The position numbers and the translations under genes are program-made. This document shows positions 50,235 to 60,600 of a DNA stretch of 64,000 nucleotides, piece after piece; position 1 is the stretch's first letter; every line of letters begins with the position of its first letter. The notes below the pieces were generated by a model. The model saw nothing but the letters and a program-made list of their open reading frames with translations. It was not told where the DNA came from and searched no databases. The DNA is taken from NCBI RefSeq assembly GCF_036402745.1, contig NZ_DASWSJ010000124.1, forward strand, positions 220 to 64,219. Direction: 5' to 3'. The stretch comes from Actinophytocola sp. GTDB taxonomy: Bacteria > Actinomycetota > Actinomycetes > Mycobacteriales > Pseudonocardiaceae.

Positions 50235-51950
50235 ATGGGCGCCGTGTCCAGCCCCTCCGAACGTGTGGTCGCCGGCCGGTACCGGCTGCGCCGGCAGCTC
50301 GGCCAGGGCGCGATGGGCACGGTCTGGGAGGCCTACGACGAGTTCCTGCGCCGCCCGGTGGCGGTGAAGGAGGTCCTCGTACCGCCGGGACTGCCGGACG
50401 CCGAGGCCGACGAGCTGCGGGAACGGACCCTGCGCGAGGCCCGCGCGATCGCGGCGCTGTCGCACCCGAACGTGATCACGCTGCACGACGTGGCCCGCGA
50501 GAACGGCGAGCCGTTCGTGGTCACCGAGTACATGCCGGCGCACAGCCTGGCCGAGCTGCTGCGTGCGCTCGGTCCGCTGGACACCGCCGCCGCGGCCGCG
50601 GTCACCGACGCGGTCGCCGCCGGGCTCGCCGCCGCGCACCAGGTCGGCATCACGCACCGGGACGTCAAGCCGGGCAACGTGCTGGTCGGCGGCAACGGGC
50701 AGGTGAAGCTCACCGACTTCGGCATCGCGCGCAACGTCTCCGAGCGCACGATCACCCGCACCGGGATCATGCTCGGCTCGCCCGCCTACATCGCCCCGGA
50801 GGTGGCCGCCGGCCGCGAGGTCACGCCCGCCGCCGACCTGTGGGGCCTCGGCGCGACGCTGTTCGCGGTGCTCGAGGGGCACCCGCCCTACGACCTCGAC
50901 GGCAGCGTGCTGGAGATCGTGAACCAGGTGGTGCACGGCGACGTCCCGCGGCCGGCCGCGACCGGGCCGCTGGCCGAGGTCGTCGCGGCGCTGATGGTGA
51001 AGGACCCGGCGGCGCGGATCTCGCTCACCGAGGTCCGCAACCGGGTCCACCCGCTGCTCCCGCCGCCGTCCACGCCGCTGCTGTCGGCGCAGGACCTGGA
51101 GAAGCTGGCCGACCCGGACAAGGTGCCGACCCGGCTGACGCCGAAGCCGACCGCGCCGCCGCTGCCGCCCCCACCGCCCCCGCCGGAGCCCCCGCAGCTC
51201 GCGCCCGCGCCGGGCCCGCTGCCGTTCGACGCGACGGCCCGGCGCGCGGTGGCCCGCCGCCGCCGGGGCCGGGTGGCGTCGGCCCTGCTGGTGGTCCTCG
51301 CGGTGGTCCTGTTCTTCACCGCGGCCGGCGGCGGGTTCGCGCTGGCGAGGGTGGTCGGCGGGGAGGCGCTGCTGCCGCCGGCCAGGACCTCGGCGCCGCC
51401 GTCGCCGAAGCCGCCGCCGACCGGTGCGCTGGAGCTGGCGGCCCAGAAGGGCGACGCGGCGACGCTGAACGGCGCGCAGGGCGGCGGGTTCACCGTGCAG
51501 GTGCCGCGTGGCTGGGTGCGGTTCGTCGAGGAGCGCGCCACCGACGACCTGACCTCGACCCGCGTGTACTTCGTGTCCCCGGAGGGCACCCGGACGCTGA
51601 CGCTGGAGCGGTTCGCCGGCTTCTACCCCGACCACTCGATCGAGGACTACGTCGTCGGCCTGGCCAACGACCAGAACGTGGCCTACGAGCAGGTCAACCG
51701 GCTGGAGATCCCGGGGATCGGCCCCGGCGAGCCGGCCCAGCAGGTGACCTACCGGACCACGGCCGAGGCGGAGAAGATCGCGCCGGACAACCCCGCGGCA
51801 CGCAACCTCAACCGCGTGACGTTCGCGAACCTGCTCCCCCGGGGCGCCGACCTGTGGGTGGTGGCGGTGACGGTGCCGGTCGACCAGGAGGACACCGGCC
51901 GCCGCGAGCTGTTCGACCGGATCGCCCCGACCTTCCAGGTCACCGGCTGA
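50235..51950 (+). CDS. Membrane Ser/Thr protein kinase
   Basis: LGQGAMG, VAVKE, HRDVKPGN, DFG, APE; TM and ectodomain. Confidence 0.95.
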   Translation: MGAVSSPSERVVAGRYRLRRQLGQGAMGTVWEAYDEFLRRPVAVKEVLVPPGLPDAEADELRERTLREARAIAALSHPNVITLHDVARENGEPFVVTEYMPAHSLAELLRALGPLDTAAAAAVTDAVAAGLAAAHQVGITHRDVKPGNVLVGGNGQVKLTDFGIARNVSERTITRTGIMLGSPAYIAPEVAAGREVTPAADLWGLGATLFAVLEGHPPYDLDGSVLEIVNQVVHGDVPRPAATGPLAEVVAALMVKDPAARISLTEVRNRVHPLLPPPSTPLLSAQDLEKLADPDKVPTRLTPKPTAPPLPPPPPPPEPPQLAPAPGPLPFDATARRAVARRRRGRVASALLVVLAVVLFFTAAGGGFALARVVGGEALLPPARTSAPPSPKPPPTGALELAAQKGDAATLNGAQGGGFTVQVPRGWVRFVEERATDDLTSTRVYFVSPEGTRTLTLERFAGFYPDHSIEDYVVGLANDQNVAYEQVNRLEIPGIGPGEPAQQVTYRTTAEAEKIAPDNPAARNLNRVTFANLLPRGADLWVVAVTVPVDQEDTGRRELFDRIAPTFQVTG

Positions 51951-51972
51951 CCGGCGGAACTAGGCTCGCGCC

Positions 51973-52770
51973 GTGAGTGAGAACTACGAGGCCCTGGCCG
52001 CCGACGCGGCGACCGCGCTGGCCGAGCGCACCGGGGTGGACAAGCACGACGTGGCCGTGGTGCTCGGCTCCGGCTGGCGCCCGGCGGCCGACGAGCTGGG
52101 GACCGCCGCGGCCGAGGTGCCGATGGCCGAGCTGCCCGGGTTCGCCGCGCCGACCGTCGCCGGGCACGGCGGCACGATCCGGTCGCTGCGGGTCGGCGAC
52201 CGGCAGGTGCTGATCCTGCTCGGCCGCACGCACCACTACGAGGGCCGCGGGGTGGCCTCGGTCGTCCACGGCGTGCGCACGGTCGCCGCCGCGGGCTGCC
52301 GCACGGTCGTGCTCACCAACGCGGCAGGCTGCCTGCGCGACGGCATCCCGGTGGGCTCGCCGGTGCTGATCAGCGACCACCTGAACCTCACCGCCACCTC
52401 GCCGCTGGTCGGCGCCCAGTTCGTCGACCTCACCGACCTGTACTCGCCGCGCCTGCGCGACCTGGCCCGCGAGATCGACCCGTCGCTCGTCGAGGGCGTG
52501 TACGCGGGCCTGCCCGGCCCGCACTTCGAGACGCCGGCGGAGATCCGCATGCTCCGCACGATGGGCGCGGACCTCGTCGGCATGTCGACGGTCCTCGAGG
52601 CCATCGCCGCGCGGGCGGCCGGGGTCGAGGTGTTCGGCCTGTCGCTGGTGACGAACCTCGCGGCCGGGGTCACCGGCGAGCCACTCAACCACGAGGAGGT
52701 CCTCGAGGCCGGCCGCGCCGCCGCCGGCCGGATGGGCGTCCTGCTGCGCGAGCTGGTCAGCCGATCCTGA
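51973..52770 (+). CDS. Purine-nucleoside phosphorylase
   Basis: [40 protein letters not shown]. Confidence 0.95.
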   Translation: MSENYEALAADAATALAERTGVDKHDVAVVLGSGWRPAADELGTAAAEVPMAELPGFAAPTVAGHGGTIRSLRVGDRQVLILLGRTHHYEGRGVASVVHGVRTVAAAGCRTVVLTNAAGCLRDGIPVGSPVLISDHLNLTATSPLVGAQFVDLTDLYSPRLRDLAREIDPSLVEGVYAGLPGPHFETPAEIRMLRTMGADLVGMSTVLEAIAARAAGVEVFGLSLVTNLAAGVTGEPLNHEEVLEAGRAAAGRMGVLLRELVSRS

Positions 52771-52777
52771 GCGGACC

Positions 52778-53099
52778 GTGAGCGAGAGCGACGGAGCGTT
52801 CGCCGTCTGGACGTAGGAGAAGCGCAGGCGCGCCAGCGCCGAGCATCGCACGGAGGAAGACGGCGAGTAGCGGAGAAGCGAAGCGAACCATTGAACACAG
52901 TGAGCGGGAGCGCCGGAGCGTTCGCCGTCTGGACTGACGAGCGCGCGCAGGCGCGCCAGCGCCGAGCACGGGAGGAGGGAAGACGGCGAGTAGCGGAGGA
53001 GCGAAGCGAACAATCCAGCACAGTGAGCGGGAGCGACCGAGCGTTCGCCGTCTGGACCCGCGAGCGGAGCGAACCATCCAACACAGGGAGCGACCAACC
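52778..53099. repeat. Tandem array of ~122-123-bp structured repeats (2 full + 1 internally deleted)
   Basis: Units start at 52778, 52900, 53023; internal IR TCGCCGTCT/AGACGGCGA and GCGAAGCGAAC motifs. Confidence 0.85.
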
Positions 53100-54737
53100 A
53101 TGAGCCTGCCGTCGGAGCTGCGGGACCGGGCGTTCCGGTGGATGGCCGACGATCCCGACCCGGAGACCAAGCTCGAGCTGCAGCGGGTGGTCGCCGCCGC
53201 GATGGGTGGCGCGCCGGGCGCGGTCGACGAGCTGGCCGACCGGATGAACGGCACGCTCTCCTTCGGCACGGCGGGACTGCGTGGCCCGGTCCGCGCCGGC
53301 TCGAACGGCATGAACCGCGCGGTCGTCGTCCGGGCCACCGCCGGCGTCGCGTCGTGGTTGCGGCACAAGGGACACGCGGGCGGCACGGTCGTGGTCGGCC
53401 GGGACGCCCGGCACGGTTCCGCGGAGTTCGCGACGGCGGCGGCCGAGGTGCTCGCAGCCGCGGGCCTCACCGTGCGCACCCTGGGCCCGCTGCCGACCCC
53501 GGTGACGGCGTTCCTGGTCCGCTCGCTCGGCGCGGTGGCGGGGATCCAGATCACCGCGTCGCACAACCCCCCGGCGGACAACGGCTACAAGGTCTACACC
53601 GACGACGGCTCGCAGATCGTCCCGCCCGACGACCGGCTGATCGAGGCGGCCATCGGCGCCAGCCCGGCCGCGCGGTCGGTACCCCTGTCACACGGCGCGC
53701 TGCCGGTGAGCGACGCGCAGGTCGACACCTACCTCGCCCGGGCCGCGTCGCTGCCCCGCGGGACGGCGCGCGCGCTGCGCGTGGTGCTCACCCCGATGCA
53801 CGGCGTCGGCGGCGCGACGGCCCTGGAAGCCTTGCGCCGCGCGGGTTTCCCCGACGTGACGCTGGTGCCCGAGCAGGCGTCGCCGGACCCGGACTTCCCG
53901 ACGGTGGACTTCCCGAACCCGGAGGAGCCGGGTGCCGCCGACCTCCTGCTCCAGCACGCCGCCACGCTCGACGCCGACCTCGCCGTCGCGCTGGACCCGG
54001 ACGCCGACCGCTGCGCCCTGGGCGTCCGCTTCCCCGACGGCTGGCGCATGCTCCGCGGCGACGAGACCGGTGCCCTGCTGGGCGCGCACGTGTTGTCCAC
54101 TCTGGACAGAGTGGCGCACCCGGACCCGTTGGTGGCCACCACGATCGTCTCGTCGTCGTTGCTGTCCCTGATCGCCGCGGCGCACGGTGTCCGCCACGCG
54201 GAGACGCTGACGGGCTTCAAGTGGCTGGTCCGCGCGGGCGAGGGCCTGGTCTTCGCCTACGAGGAGGCGCTCGGCCTGTGCGTCGACCCGGAGGCGGTGC
54301 GCGACAAGGACGGCATCTCCGCGGCGATCCTGGCCTGCGACCTGGCCGCGACGCGCACGGCGTCGGGCCGGACCCTGCCGGACGCCCTCGACGAGCTCGC
54401 GGTGGCGCACGGCGTGCACCTGACCGAGCAGATCTCCTTGCGCTTCACCGACATCGCGGGGATCCCCCCGCTGCTGGCGGCGCTTCGCGCGCACCCGCCG
54501 ACGACCCTCGGCGGCGCGGCGGTCACCCAGGACAACCCGGCGCCGGACATCGTCCGCCTCCGCGCGGACGGCCTCCGCGTGGTGATCCGCCCGTCCGGCA
54601 CCGAGCCGAAGGTCAAGGCGTACCTGGAGATCGTCGAGCCGGTCCCGGCCGCGGCGTCGCTATCGCAGGCCCGCGCGACGGCCACCCGCCGCATGACCGC
54701 CCTGCGCGACGAGGTCGCCGCGCTCCTCAAGGCATGA
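53100..54737 (+). CDS. Phospho-sugar mutase (PmmB-like)
   Basis: FGTAGLRG, ITASHNP, DPDADR, TGFKW, YEEALG, RPSGTEPK. Confidence 0.95.
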   Translation: MSLPSELRDRAFRWMADDPDPETKLELQRVVAAAMGGAPGAVDELADRMNGTLSFGTAGLRGPVRAGSNGMNRAVVVRATAGVASWLRHKGHAGGTVVVGRDARHGSAEFATAAAEVLAAAGLTVRTLGPLPTPVTAFLVRSLGAVAGIQITASHNPPADNGYKVYTDDGSQIVPPDDRLIEAAIGASPAARSVPLSHGALPVSDAQVDTYLARAASLPRGTARALRVVLTPMHGVGGATALEALRRAGFPDVTLVPEQASPDPDFPTVDFPNPEEPGAADLLLQHAATLDADLAVALDPDADRCALGVRFPDGWRMLRGDETGALLGAHVLSTLDRVAHPDPLVATTIVSSSLLSLIAAAHGVRHAETLTGFKWLVRAGEGLVFAYEEALGLCVDPEAVRDKDGISAAILACDLAATRTASGRTLPDALDELAVAHGVHLTEQISLRFTDIAGIPPLLAALRAHPPTTLGGAAVTQDNPAPDIVRLRADGLRVVIRPSGTEPKVKAYLEIVEPVPAAASLSQARATATRRMTALRDEVAALLKA

Positions 54738-54738
54738 C

Positions 54739-55191
54739 ATGGCCACGCTGCTGATCGTCCACCACACACCCTCGCCCAACGTGCAGGCGATGTTCGAGGC
54801 CGTCGTGGCGGGCGCGACCACCGACGAGATCGAGGGCGTCGACGTCGTGCGCAGGCCGGCGCTCGCGGCCACCCCGTCGGACGCGCTCGAGGCGGACGGC
54901 TACATCCTCGGCACGCCGGCGAACCTCGGGATGATGTCCGGCGCGCTCAAGGTCTTCTTCGACCTCGCCTACTACCCCTGCCTCGACGCGACCCGCGGCC
55001 GCCCCTTCGGCCTCTACGTCCACGGCAACAACGACACCACCGGCGCGATCCGCGGCATCGAGTCGATCGTCACGGGGCTCGCCTGGGAGCGGGTGACGCC
55101 GAACGTCACCGTCACCGGCGAGCCCACCAAGGACGACCTGCGCCGGTGCTGGGAACTCGGCGCCACCGTGGCGGCCACCCTCAGTACGTAG
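54739..55191 (+). CDS. Flavodoxin family protein
   Basis: LLIVHHTPS, GTPANLG.MSGALK.FFD, WELGA. Confidence 0.88.
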   Translation: MATLLIVHHTPSPNVQAMFEAVVAGATTDEIEGVDVVRRPALAATPSDALEADGYILGTPANLGMMSGALKVFFDLAYYPCLDATRGRPFGLYVHGNNDTTGAIRGIESIVTGLAWERVTPNVTVTGEPTKDDLRRCWELGATVAATLST

Positions 55192-55251
55192 CGACGGGGG
55201 CCGACGCGCCCTCGCCGGTCTCGCACCCCGCGCGCCCGCGTACGGGCAAGC

Positions 55252-55653
55252 TCACGCGGTCGCCTCGTGCATGACGGGGGACTTCTCGTCGAGGTCCCGC
55301 TCGCACTGCTCGTAGTTGGCGATCTTGTAGTTCAGGACGTTCAGGCAGGTGTTGAGCTCGGCGATGCGGTCCAGCACCTCGGCCCGCTGCTCGACCAGGA
55401 TCTGCTTGCGCCGCCCGGTGCTCGCGACACCCTGGTGGCGCAGCTTGGCGTACTCGCGCATCATCCGGATCGGCATACCGGTGGTGCGGAGGCGGGTGAG
55501 GAACTCCAGCCAGCCCAGGTCCTCGTCGGTGTAGACCCGCCGGCCGCCCGAGTCCCGGGCGGGCGGGTCGATCAGTTGGATGCGTTCGTAGTAACGGAGT
55601 GTGTCGATCGACAACCCACTGCGGTGGGCTGCCTCGGCGATCGCATAAGTCAC
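55252..55653 (-). CDS. MerR family transcriptional regulator
   Basis: Y.IAEAA..SGLS.DTLRYYE, R.Y, TGMPI, KI..Y. Confidence 0.93.
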   Translation of the reverse strand: MTYAIAEAAHRSGLSIDTLRYYERIQLIDPPARDSGGRRVYTDEDLGWLEFLTRLRTTGMPIRMMREYAKLRHQGVASTGRRKQILVEQRAEVLDRIAELNTCLNVLNYKIANYEQCERDLDEKSPVMHEATA

Positions 55654-55660
55654 GTCTTCG

Positions 55661-55691
55661 ACGGTAGAAGCTGGAGCGCACTCCAGGTCAA
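55661..55691 (-). promoter_or_regulatory. MerR-type promoter TTGACC-19 nt-TACCGT with dyad CTGGAG-N4-CTCCAG
   Basis: 19-nt spacer and dyad read directly; -10 lies 7 nt before the GTG. Confidence 0.8.
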
Positions 55692-55692
55692 G

Positions 55693-56082
55693 CTAAGCGC
55701 CGTTCTCTTTCGGGTTCGCCCACGCCTCGAGCCGCGCGGCCATCTCCGGCACGCCGACGTTTCCCCGGCCGACCTCGCGGACCAGCTCGAGGGCCTCCTC
55801 CTCGTCGGCGTCGATCCACCAGCCGTTCATGTCGCAGATGGTGACGGCGGCCACCCAGCCGAGTCGCCAGTTGCCCTCGATGAGTGGCCGGGTGATGACG
55901 ACGGAGTCGAGCAGGGCGGCGGCCTTGAGCCACAGCGTGTCGTAGGCCTGCACGCCGAGCACGGTGGCCCGCGGCCGGTGCGCGGCGGCGTCGAGCAACC
56001 CGAGATCGCGCACCACGAGGTCGCCGCCGGTGACGGCAGCGGCCAGCACGAGCAGGTCGCTGGCGTCCAGGTACATGATCAC
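55693..56082 (-). CDS. Fic/Doc family protein with a degenerate active-site motif
   Basis: VRDLGLL.AA..RP....G..AY....KAAALL; RPLIEGNWR in place of HPxxDGNKR. Confidence 0.8.
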   Translation of the reverse strand: MIMYLDASDLLVLAAAVTGGDLVVRDLGLLDAAAHRPRATVLGVQAYDTLWLKAAALLDSVVITRPLIEGNWRLGWVAAVTICDMNGWWIDADEEEALELVREVGRGNVGVPEMAARLEAWANPKENGA

Positions 56083-56088
56083 CGCGCG

Positions 56089-56110
56089 ATCATGCCACTA
56101 GCCACCGACA
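56089..56110 (-). promoter_or_regulatory. RecA-NDp/PafBC-type promoter in front of doc
   Basis: TGTCGGTG-GCTAGTGG-CATGAT, 6 nt before GTG 56082. Confidence 0.6.
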
Positions 56111-56113
56111 GTT

Positions 56114-56320
56114 TCAGGCGGTTCCGATCCGATCGAGCAAACCTTGGTACCGCGGTAAAACGCGACTCAGCACCTCGGTCAGCTGCTGCTCCTTCTGGAG
56201 CCGGGACCAGCGGTCGGCCAGGGCCAGCCGCATGATCTCCTGTTTCGATCGGCCTTCCATCGCGGCAAGCTCGGCGAGGTGATGGTTCTCCTCGTCGGAC
56301 AGCCTCAGAGTCATCGCCAT
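56114..56320 (-). CDS. Ribbon-helix-helix (CopG-like) antitoxin
   Basis: MAMTLRL..E....L..LA..EGRSKQE....A...Y..LLDRIG, 68 aa. Confidence 0.85.
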   Translation of the reverse strand: MAMTLRLSDEENHHLAELAAMEGRSKQEIMRLALADRWSRLQKEQQLTEVLSRVLPRYQGLLDRIGTA

Positions 56321-56327
56321 GCACCCC

Positions 56328-56349
56328 ACGGTACCACCGTGATACCACC
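56328..56349 (-). promoter_or_regulatory. Putative RHH operator over the -10 (GGTGGTA x2, 11-bp period)
   Basis: TACCACC at 56332 and 56343; TACCGT 7 nt before the ATG. Confidence 0.5.
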
Positions 56350-56360
56350 CGGAACGAGGG

Positions 56361-56984
56361 TCAGACTGCCCCGTACTGACGGTCACCGGCGTCCCCCAGA
56401 CCGGGGACGATGTACCCGGAGTCGTTGAGCCGCTCGTCCACACTGGCCGTGACCAGCCGCACCGGCAGCCCGGACTCCGCCAGGTGCCGGATGCCCTCCG
56501 GCGCGGCCAGCGCACACACGGCGGTCACGTCGGTGGCGCCCCTGTCGGTGAGCAGCCGGATCGTGTACTCCATCGAGCCGCCGGTGGCGAGCATCGGGTC
56601 GAGCACGAACACCGGCCGCCCGGCGAGCGAGGCCGGCAGCGACTCCATGTACGGCGTCGGCTCGAGCGTCTCCTCGTTGCGGGCGAGGCCGACGAACCCC
56701 ATCTGCGCGTCCGGGATCAGCCGGTGCGCCTGGTCGGCCATGCCGAGGCCGGCCCGCAGCACGGGCACGAGCAGCGGCGGGTTGGCGAGCCAGTAGCCGT
56801 CGGTGCGCGCGACCGGCGTGTGGATGCGCTCGGTGCGCACCGGGGCGTCGCGCGTGGCCTCGTAGATGAGCATCACGGTCAGCTCGTGCAGGGCGGCCCG
56901 GAACACGGCGTTGTCCGTGCGGGCGTCCCGCATGACGGTCAGCCGCGCCTTGGCCAGCGGGTGATCGACGGTGCGCACATCCAT
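56361..56984 (-). CDS. upp: Uracil phosphoribosyltransferase
   Basis: [36 protein letters not shown]. Confidence 0.97.
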   Translation of the reverse strand: MDVRTVDHPLAKARLTVMRDARTDNAVFRAALHELTVMLIYEATRDAPVRTERIHTPVARTDGYWLANPPLLVPVLRAGLGMADQAHRLIPDAQMGFVGLARNEETLEPTPYMESLPASLAGRPVFVLDPMLATGGSMEYTIRLLTDRGATDVTAVCALAAPEGIRHLAESGLPVRLVTASVDERLNDSGYIVPGLGDAGDRQYGAV

Positions 56985-57031
56985 GGGCGGACACGGTAGC
57001 CGGGCGCCCGGACCTGCCACAATGGAACGTC

Positions 57032-57553
57032 ATGCGCACCCTGAACGCCACCGCCGCGTCGCTCCTCGGCCTGCTCCACGACGGCCCGCTGACGGGCTGG
57101 GACCTGGTGGCGAGCGCGCAGGACCGGATCGGCAACTTCTGGACCCTGACGCAGAGCCAGGTGTACCGCGAGCTGGCGCGGATGACCGAGGACGGCCTGG
57201 TCACCGTGGGCGACCCGGGCCCGCGCGACCGCAAGCCGTACACGATCACCGACGCCGGCGCCGCGGCGTTCGCCGAGTGGATCGACGCCGACCCGGCGCA
57301 CGACCAGGTCCGGGTGCCGCTGCTGGTCACCATCCTGTTCTCCGCGCACCTGCGCGCCGGCCGGCTGGCGGAGATCATCGCGGCCGCCCGCGCGGCGCAC
57401 GCCGCGCGCCTGGCGGCCTACCGGACGCACGAGCAGGACCTGGCGTCGGCCGGGGACCGGGTGCGGCTCGCGACGCTGCGGTTCGGCATCCGGCACGAGC
57501 AGGCGGCGCTGGACTGGTTCGATGAGCTGCCCGCGTTGCTCGGCGGCAGCTGA
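57032..57553 (+). CDS. PadR family transcriptional regulator
   Basis: LLGLL..P.TGWDL, FW....SQVYREL, RKPYTIT.AG. Confidence 0.9.
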   Translation: MRTLNATAASLLGLLHDGPLTGWDLVASAQDRIGNFWTLTQSQVYRELARMTEDGLVTVGDPGPRDRKPYTITDAGAAAFAEWIDADPAHDQVRVPLLVTILFSAHLRAGRLAEIIAAARAAHAARLAAYRTHEQDLASAGDRVRLATLRFGIRHEQAALDWFDELPALLGGS

Positions 57554-57555
57554 CC

Positions 57556-57582
57556 GGAACGCGGCACGCCCGGGGTGCGTCC
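57556..57582 (+). promoter_or_regulatory. ECF (SigM-type) promoter GGAAC-N17-CGTCC
   Basis: Read directly upstream of the NHL gene. Confidence 0.5.
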
Positions 57583-57619
57583 ACCCGGGCACAGCTCGAC
57601 CACTGGGGGGAACCACGCC

Positions 57620-60600
57620 ATGCCGTCAACTCGGGTGCTCGCCACCGCCGGGGTCGTCGCCGCGCTCGCGGTGGCCGCCGCCGCGCCGGCGCACGCCGAC
57701 CCGGCTCGCCGGCCGGGCCAGGTCGTCCTGGTCGCGGGCATCGGCGAGAAGGGCTACTCCGGCGACGGCTGGGCCGCCCGCGACGCCCGGCTGAGCAGCT
57801 GGCTCACCCTCGACGTCGCGGCGGACGGCACCGTCTACATCGCGGACACGATCAACGGGCGGCTGCGCAGGGTGGACGCCGACGGGGTGATCGACACCGT
57901 GCCCGGCGGCCGGGGGGTGCGCTCGCGGACGACCGACGGGCCGGCGGTCGACGGCTGGACCTACAGCCCGAGCAACCGGCCGAGGGCGTCCGTCGCCGCC
58001 GCGGACGGCACGGTCTACCTGGCCGGCTCCGAGAACATCCGGCGGATCGACCGCACCGGCAAGGCCACCGTGCTCGCCGGCGAGGGCGACCTCGCCTTCG
58101 CCGAGGGCGGCGACGGCGGCGACGGCGGCCCGGCGACGCGGGCATGGCTGCACGATCCGGGCGACATCACCCGCGACGGCGCCGGCAACCTCTACGTCGC
58201 CGACACGTACAACAGCCGCATCCGGCGGATCGACCCGCACGGCACGATCACCACGATCGCCGGCGGCGGCACGCTCGCGCCGAAGGCGGCGGTGGGCAGG
58301 CCCGCCACCACCGCCCGGGTCCCCCAGCCGGCCCGGGTGACCGTTGACGCGACGGGCACCGTGTACTTCGCCGAGGAGCGCGGCACCTCGGTGTTCAGCG
58401 TCGGCAAGGACGGCAGGCTCGGCCTCGCCGCCGACCTGCCGCCGGACGGTGTGGTCGGGGGCATCGCCGTCGGCGCCGACGGCGTCCTCTACGTCGCCGA
58501 CCGCAACTTGGGCGAGGTGCGTCAGGCCGGCGAGAAGGGCGCGACCACGCTCGTCGGCCCCAGGCTGGCCGCCGGCATCACGGACCTCGCGGTCGGGCCG
58601 GACGGCGACTTCTACGTCGCCGGCGACAGCCGGGTCCTGCGCGTGGTGCGTGGCGGCGCGGCGGCGGCGGGCACGTCCCCGAAGCCGGGCCGGTCGCCGT
58701 GGGCGGACGACGAGCCGGGGACGGTCCACACGATCGCCGGCACCGGCAGCAAGCCGGCCGGCGCGGCGCAGGTCCCGGTCACGTCGCCGGGCGCCGCCGG
58801 GGTGGCGGTCGGCCCGGACGGCACCGTGTACGTCGCGGAGCCCGAGCGGCACCGGGTGCGGGCGATCGACCCCAAGGGCACGGTCAAGGCGTTCGCCGGC
58901 ACGGGTGAGCCGGGTTCGGACGGCGACGGCGGCCCGGCGGCGAAGGCCCAGCTGGACAGCCCGAACGCGGTCGCCGTCGATTCGGAGGGCTTCGTCTACA
59001 TCGCGGACACCGGCAACGACAAGGTCCGCCGCGTCGACCCGGACGGGGTCGTCGACACCCTGGCCGAGGTGCCGGACGTGCGGCGGCTGGCCGTCGACGC
59101 CGCCGGGACCGTCCACGTGACCTCCACCGGGCTGGTGGCGAGGATCGCCGAGAACGGCACGGTCACGCCGGTCGCCGGAGGCGGCACGCGGTGGGCCGAC
59201 GAGGCGGACGACGCGCCGGCCCGTGAGGTGAGCTTGCTGGACGCCGGCGCGGTGGCGGTCGACAAGGGCACCGTGTACTTCGTCGAGGACGGCCGGCCGG
59301 CCGTCCGCGCGGTCCGCCCGGACGGGATCCTCGTGACCGTCGCGGGCAGCAGCTACCGCAAGGACACCGAGGGCGGCTTCGCCGGCGACGGCGGCCCGGC
59401 GGCGAACGCGGAGCTGAACGCGCCACGCGGGCTGGCGATCGGCGCGGACGGCTCGCGCTATGTCGCCGACACGTACAACAACCGGATCCGCCGCATAGAC
59501 CCGAAAGGCACCATCACGACGGTCGCCGGCACGGGCGAGCGGGCCGACCGCGGCGACGGCGGGCCCGCGACGAAGGCGGCGCTGACCGAGCCGAGCGGCA
59601 TCGCCACGGACTCCTCGGGTGCGCTGTACGTGACCGGCACGAGCACCGGCCGGGTCCGCCGGATCGACCCGGACGGCACGATCTCCACGCTCGCCGACCT
59701 GGCCCCGGCGCCCGCGGGGAGCAAGGCCACCGAGGCCACGCTGGGCTCGGTCCGCGCGCTGGCCGTCGGCGTGGACGGCACGGTCTACCTCAGGAGCGTC
59801 GAGACCGGCCTGTACGCGGTGGACCAGCACGGCACGATCCGCCCGGTCGCGACCGAGGCCTACGGGCCCACCCCGACGACGTGGGGCGGGCTCGCCGCGG
59901 CTCCGGACGGCTCGCTGTACCTGTCCTCCGGCGAGGTGGTGCGGCGGTACCCGGACGGCGGCGAGGTCCGGGTGGCGGGCGGCGGGTCCACGAAGGGGCC
60001 GCCGAAGCCGGGCCAGCAGGCCACCAGCGGCCAGCTCCTCGCGAACGAGCTGGCGACCGGCCCGGACGGCGAGCTGTACCTCGCGACCACCGACGGGGTC
60101 TACCGGCTGACCGGGGACGGGACGCTCGAGGCGGTGCTCGGCCCCGCCGGCGAGCTCGGCGGGTTCACCGTCGGCCCGGACGGCACCCCGTACGCGATCA
60201 TCGACGACCGGGTCGTCGCCGTGCGGAACGGCAAGCCCGAGACCGTCGCCGGCACCGGCTCCGCGAACACGGCCGACGACGAGAAGGAGAACGGCGGCCC
60301 GGCCCTCGACGCGACGCTGAGCAACCCGTTCGACGTCGCGGTCACCGCCGACGGAACCCTGTTCATCGCCACGATGACCGGCATCAGCCGGGTGAACCAC
60401 GACGGCGTCATCGAGACGGTCCTGCGCGGCGGCGACGACGCCTACGTCACCGAGCTGGCCGTCGGCCCCGGCGGCGACCTGTACTTCGAGCAGGGCGGCC
60501 GGGTCCGGGTGCTGGTCCGCCCGGCGGAGATCGACAACGCCTCGGGCTTCCCGTGGCTCGTGGTGTCGCTGGTCGCGGGCGCGCTGGTGCTCGGGGCGGC

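Noticed and set aside
52778-53099. CRISPR array
   Set aside because: Units are ~122 bp and similar throughout, with no unique spacers and no cas genes
52891-53103. 70-aa ORF as a real gene
   Set aside because: It is simply a translation of the repeat units, with atypical composition
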